IMG/VR virus record: IMGVR_UViG_3300021963_000027
Coordinates: 1-64,000 of that record
Length of the DNA: 64,000 nucleotides
From: a virus
Reading direction: 5' to 3' (one strand)
Shown in pieces: positions 61,654 to 64,000 of this stretch. Each line of letters begins with the position of its first letter. Positions within the stretch are counted from its first letter, which is position 1. A program made the position numbers and the translations under genes. Under the pieces are notes generated by a model. That model was not told the origin of the DNA. It did no database searches and saw nothing but the letters and a program-made list of their open reading frames with translations.

Positions 61654-61725
61654 TGCGGGATGGAGCAGTGGTAGCTCGTCTGGCTCATAACCAGAAGGTC
61701 GTCGGTTCGACCCCGACTCCCGCTA
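61654..61725 (+). tRNA. tRNA-Met(CAT), initiator-like (1:72 mismatch)
   Basis: Cloverleaf, TCTGG-CTCATAA-CCAGA. Confidence 0.9.
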
Positions 61726-61731
61726 CATAAA

Positions 61732-61802
61732 GCGTCCTTGATGTAATGGTAACATGCCTTCCTTCCAAGTAGGTTACGTGGGTTCGAGTCCCACAGGACG
61801 CT
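61732..61802 (+). tRNA. tRNA-Gly(TCC)
   Basis: Cloverleaf. Confidence 0.9.
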
Positions 61803-61858
61803 CCCAAAAATAAAAAAACTTGAAAAAGTTGAAACAAATGCTAAATACTAATAACAAC

Positions 61859-61921
61859 ATGAAATACGAACAATATAATCAAGAGAAGGCAGCGACACCG
61901 AATAGGTGGCGGCGTGAATGA
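61859..61921 (+). CDS. 20-aa putative leader peptide MKYEQYNQEKAATPNRWRRE
   Basis: After TAAATA, before terminator. Confidence 0.5.
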   Translation: MKYEQYNQEKAATPNRWRRE

Positions 61922-61949
61922 TTGTGTTTTAGTGCATATTGAATTTCGC

Positions 61950-61980
61950 GCCTCATCTGAAAAGATGAGGTTTTTTATTT
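61950..61980 (+). terminator. intrinsic terminator/attenuator upstream of tRNA cluster
   Basis: CCTCATCT-GAAA-AGATGAGG-TTTTTTATTT. Confidence 0.85.
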
Positions 61981-62055
61981 TAGAGGTGAACGAAGCAACC
62001 TGAATTGCTAGAGAGTGGTGAAAGACTAATAGAGAATGTTGAAGTATATTTTAAT

Positions 62056-62128
62056 TCCCAAGTAGCTCAGTTGGTAGAGCGCGTGACTGTTAATCACGTT
62101 GTCGTAGGTTCGAACCCTACCTTGGGAG
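62056..62128 (+). tRNA. tRNA-Asn(GTT)
   Basis: Cloverleaf. Confidence 0.95.
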
Positions 62129-62133
62129 CAGAA

Positions 62134-62209
62134 GGGTGTGTAGCTCAGTTGGTAGAGCAAGAAGCTTTTAACTTCGTGGTCATAGGTTCAAATCCTGTCA
62201 CACCCACCA
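62134..62209 (+). tRNA. tRNA-Lys(TTT)
   Basis: Cloverleaf with CCA. Confidence 0.95.
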
Positions 62210-62210
62210 T

Positions 62211-62285
62211 GCTTCTATCGTCTAATGGTTAGGACAGGTGGTTTTCATCCACCAAATAAGGGTTCGATTCCCTTTAGAAGTGCCA
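62211..62285 (+). tRNA. tRNA-Glu(TTC)
   Basis: Cloverleaf with CCA. Confidence 0.95.
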
Positions 62286-62287
62286 AT

Positions 62288-62358
62288 GCCTCCATAGTTC
62301 AATGGTAGAACCCCCGATTTGTAATCGGGAGATACAGATTCGAATTCTGTTGGAGGCT
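62288..62358 (+). tRNA. tRNA-Thr(TGT)
   Basis: Cloverleaf. Confidence 0.9.
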
Positions 62359-62386
62359 CTTGACAAAATAATTTTTATGATACAAT

Positions 62387-62473
62387 GTGTTACCGCCAAA
62401 GTTGGAGAGTTGGGAATGACTGTAAATCATTTGCCTTCGGGCTGAGTAGGTTCGAATCCTATGTAACACACCA
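62387..62473 (+). tRNA. tRNA-Tyr(GTA)
   Basis: Cloverleaf, long variable arm, CCA. Confidence 0.9.
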
Positions 62474-62476
62474 TAT

Positions 62477-62549
62477 CGGGAGTTGATGTAACTTGGTAGC
62501 ATGAGGCATTTGGATTGCTTTCGTCAGAGTTCAAATCTCTGGCTCCCGA
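62477..62549 (+). tRNA. tRNA-Pro(TGG)
   Basis: Cloverleaf. Confidence 0.9.
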
Positions 62550-63111
62550 CTATTTTTTTCATATTCCAAAATCCATCACCAGCTAAAAAATGATCTTCTA
62601 TATGACAAGTGGGACATAATATTTTTAAATTTTCTAATGTGTTATTGTGTCTATTTCTATCTATGTGATGCACTTGTAAAATTTCTGGATATTTATCATA
62701 TCCACACCCAAAACATTTTTTATCATTAGCCCTAAAAGCTATATCTCTGTAATTAGTAATACCAGTTCCATAATGATCTGGTCTTATTTCTGGAAAATGA
62801 TTTTCTAATCGTTGTGCATTATCTTTACACACTCTACTACAAAAATATAACCCAGATTTACTTTTATTAAGATGTGATTGTCTCCTTTTAAATAAATTTT
62901 TACAAAAAGAACACGATATATTAACCATACTTCTTCGAGAAGTAGTATCTGCCCAGCATTTATGGGAACAAAAATTTTCAGAATTATTTTTGAAAATTCT
63001 TTTAGGTCTATCAGAAACTTCACCACATCCATCACATTTAAATTCTACGAATGTTCTCAACTTCCCTTCGGTATCTCTCTTTTTAAAATCTCTAATAATT
63101 AAAGTGGGCAT
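62524..63111 (-). CDS. HNH homing endonuclease with Zn ribbons
   Basis: CFGCG..VHHIDRNRHNN..LCPTCH. Confidence 0.9.
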   Translation of the reverse strand: MPTLIIRDFKKRDTEGKLRTFVEFKCDGCGEVSDRPKRIFKNNSENFCSHKCWADTTSRRSMVNISCSFCKNLFKRRQSHLNKSKSGLYFCSRVCKDNAQRLENHFPEIRPDHYGTGITNYRDIAFRANDKKCFGCGYDKYPEILQVHHIDRNRHNNTLENLKILCPTCHIEDHFLAGDGFWNMKKIVGSQRFEL

Positions 63112-63169
63112 AATATAATACTTACACTTTTATCCACTTTTTACAAATATATTTATCCACATTTTTAAT

Positions 63170-63243
63170 TGGGCGTTAGTGTAATGGTAGCACCGCAGAT
63201 TTTGATTCTGTTAGTAGAGGTTCAAGTCCTCTACGCCCTACCA
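63170..63243 (+). tRNA. tRNA-Gln(TTG)
   Basis: Cloverleaf with CCA. Confidence 0.9.
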
Positions 63244-63284
63244 CAATAACTTCAATTTCTCAAGTCAATATATTAAATAATATT

Positions 63285-63659
63285 ATGATTACATTTTCAA
63301 AATTTTTCGAATTGTTTTTAGAAAATTACAATGAAGTTCGGATATACAATAGTGTGGTGCGTCTTCCCATGGATAAACCTTATGGCTTTTGGATGGATAA
63401 GCATGGTAATTTCGCAGTTGTTAAAGGTGGAATGGGAGCGCATGAAAAAATTGGTAATTTGATTTTGGATCAACTTGGTATAGATTCAGGAGGAAGTGTG
63501 TATGAAACATTATTTGAAAATGGTTGGGTTCGTGTCATGTTAGACAGGGGTAAAACATATTATGAGATTCAACATGGAAGAAGATTAACTCCTATTCAAA
63601 GACGTAATTTATCTTTTATTAACGAATTCTACGAATTAAAAGGAGTTGAAGAAGGTTAA
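63285..63659 (+). CDS. hypothetical protein, late-type promoter, internal-protein-like N-terminus
   Basis: TAAATA 5 nt upstream; MITFSKFFELFLE. Confidence 0.8.
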   Translation: MITFSKFFELFLENYNEVRIYNSVVRLPMDKPYGFWMDKHGNFAVVKGGMGAHEKIGNLILDQLGIDSGGSVYETLFENGWVRVMLDRGKTYYEIQHGRRLTPIQRRNLSFINEFYELKGVEEG

Positions 63660-63666
63660 TATTTTT

Positions 63667-64000
63667 ATGAGAACATTTCTAGAATCCTTTTATGATATCC
63701 AAGAGCTATCTCCGAATAGTAAGCTACAGGATATCTTGAATACTCACTATCTCAAAGTCTATCGTTCATCGGCTCGTCCCAATAAGAGTGATTATACTTC
63801 AGGTTCTCATGCAGGAACTAAACAACAAGCTCTAATTCGTGCCGATTATATGATCAATGATGAAGGGAAATACGACAAGTATTATCTTTATGAATTGACA
63901 ATTCGAATTGATAAAGTGTATCCCAAGTTACTATCTGATGATGGAACAGATCATGGATATGATTATGTAAAAGATTTAGGTGATTATGATATTGCTTTCT
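63667..64000 (+). CDS. hypothetical protein (3' truncated), possible ART-like fold
   Basis: MRTFLE..VYRS..GSHAGTKQQALIRA. Confidence 0.65.
   Translation, partial: MRTFLESFYDIQELSPNSKLQDILNTHYLKVYRSSARPNKSDYTSGSHAGTKQQALIRADYMINDEGKYDKYYLYELTIRIDKVYPKLLSDDGTDHGYDYVKDLGDYDIAF

Noticed and set aside
62360-62386. sigma70 promoter TTGACA..TACAAT before tRNA-Tyr
   Set aside because: 15-bp spacer and the -10 abuts the tRNA 5' end, leaving no room for a start site
62005-62502. ORFs 62005-62232 (+) and 62299-62502 (-)
   Set aside because: They overlap clear tRNA cloverleaves
1-64000. TAG or TGA stop-codon recoding
   Set aside because: Long enzymes are intact under the standard code; TAG stops are explained by the motif and only one suspicious TGA was seen

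Overview
A 64-kb, AT-rich segment of a large lytic phage genome, probably a distant T4-like phage. That assignment is inferred from TAAATA late-type promoters, a gp23-propeptide-like ORF and internal-protein-like N-termini; no core structural or replication genes lie in the window. Positions 1-58.1 kb hold a co-directional (+) array of about 170 mostly tiny hypothetical genes. About 100 (manual count) copies of one promoter-like motif, TTAAAAA(A)CTAGRN-TAnnnT ('M-promoter'), organise this array. The motif usually puts the start codon exactly at the predicted +1 (leaderless mRNA) and often supplies the previous gene's stop codon (27 or so ORFs end ...KN*). Recognisable products: two RNA ligases, metallo-, 2H- and histidine phosphatases, YqeY, a PTH2-like protein, a RadA-like ATPase, DUF262, DUF932, a DenV-like glycosylase, a TerD-domain protein, and five free-standing endonucleases (2 HNH, LAGLIDADG, GIY-YIG, PD-(D/E)XK). 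RNA features: ten canonical tRNAs, several aberrant tRNA-like RNAs (circularly permuted, D-armless, expanded or mis-sized anticodon arm), a four-unit covarying hairpin array just upstream of the TerD-domain gene, a 184-nt structured RNA, and a leader-peptide/terminator in front of the tRNA cluster. A strand-switch junction with inverted and palindromic motif copies lies at 58.15-58.39 kb. Functional calls come from motif recognition only; no searches were run.
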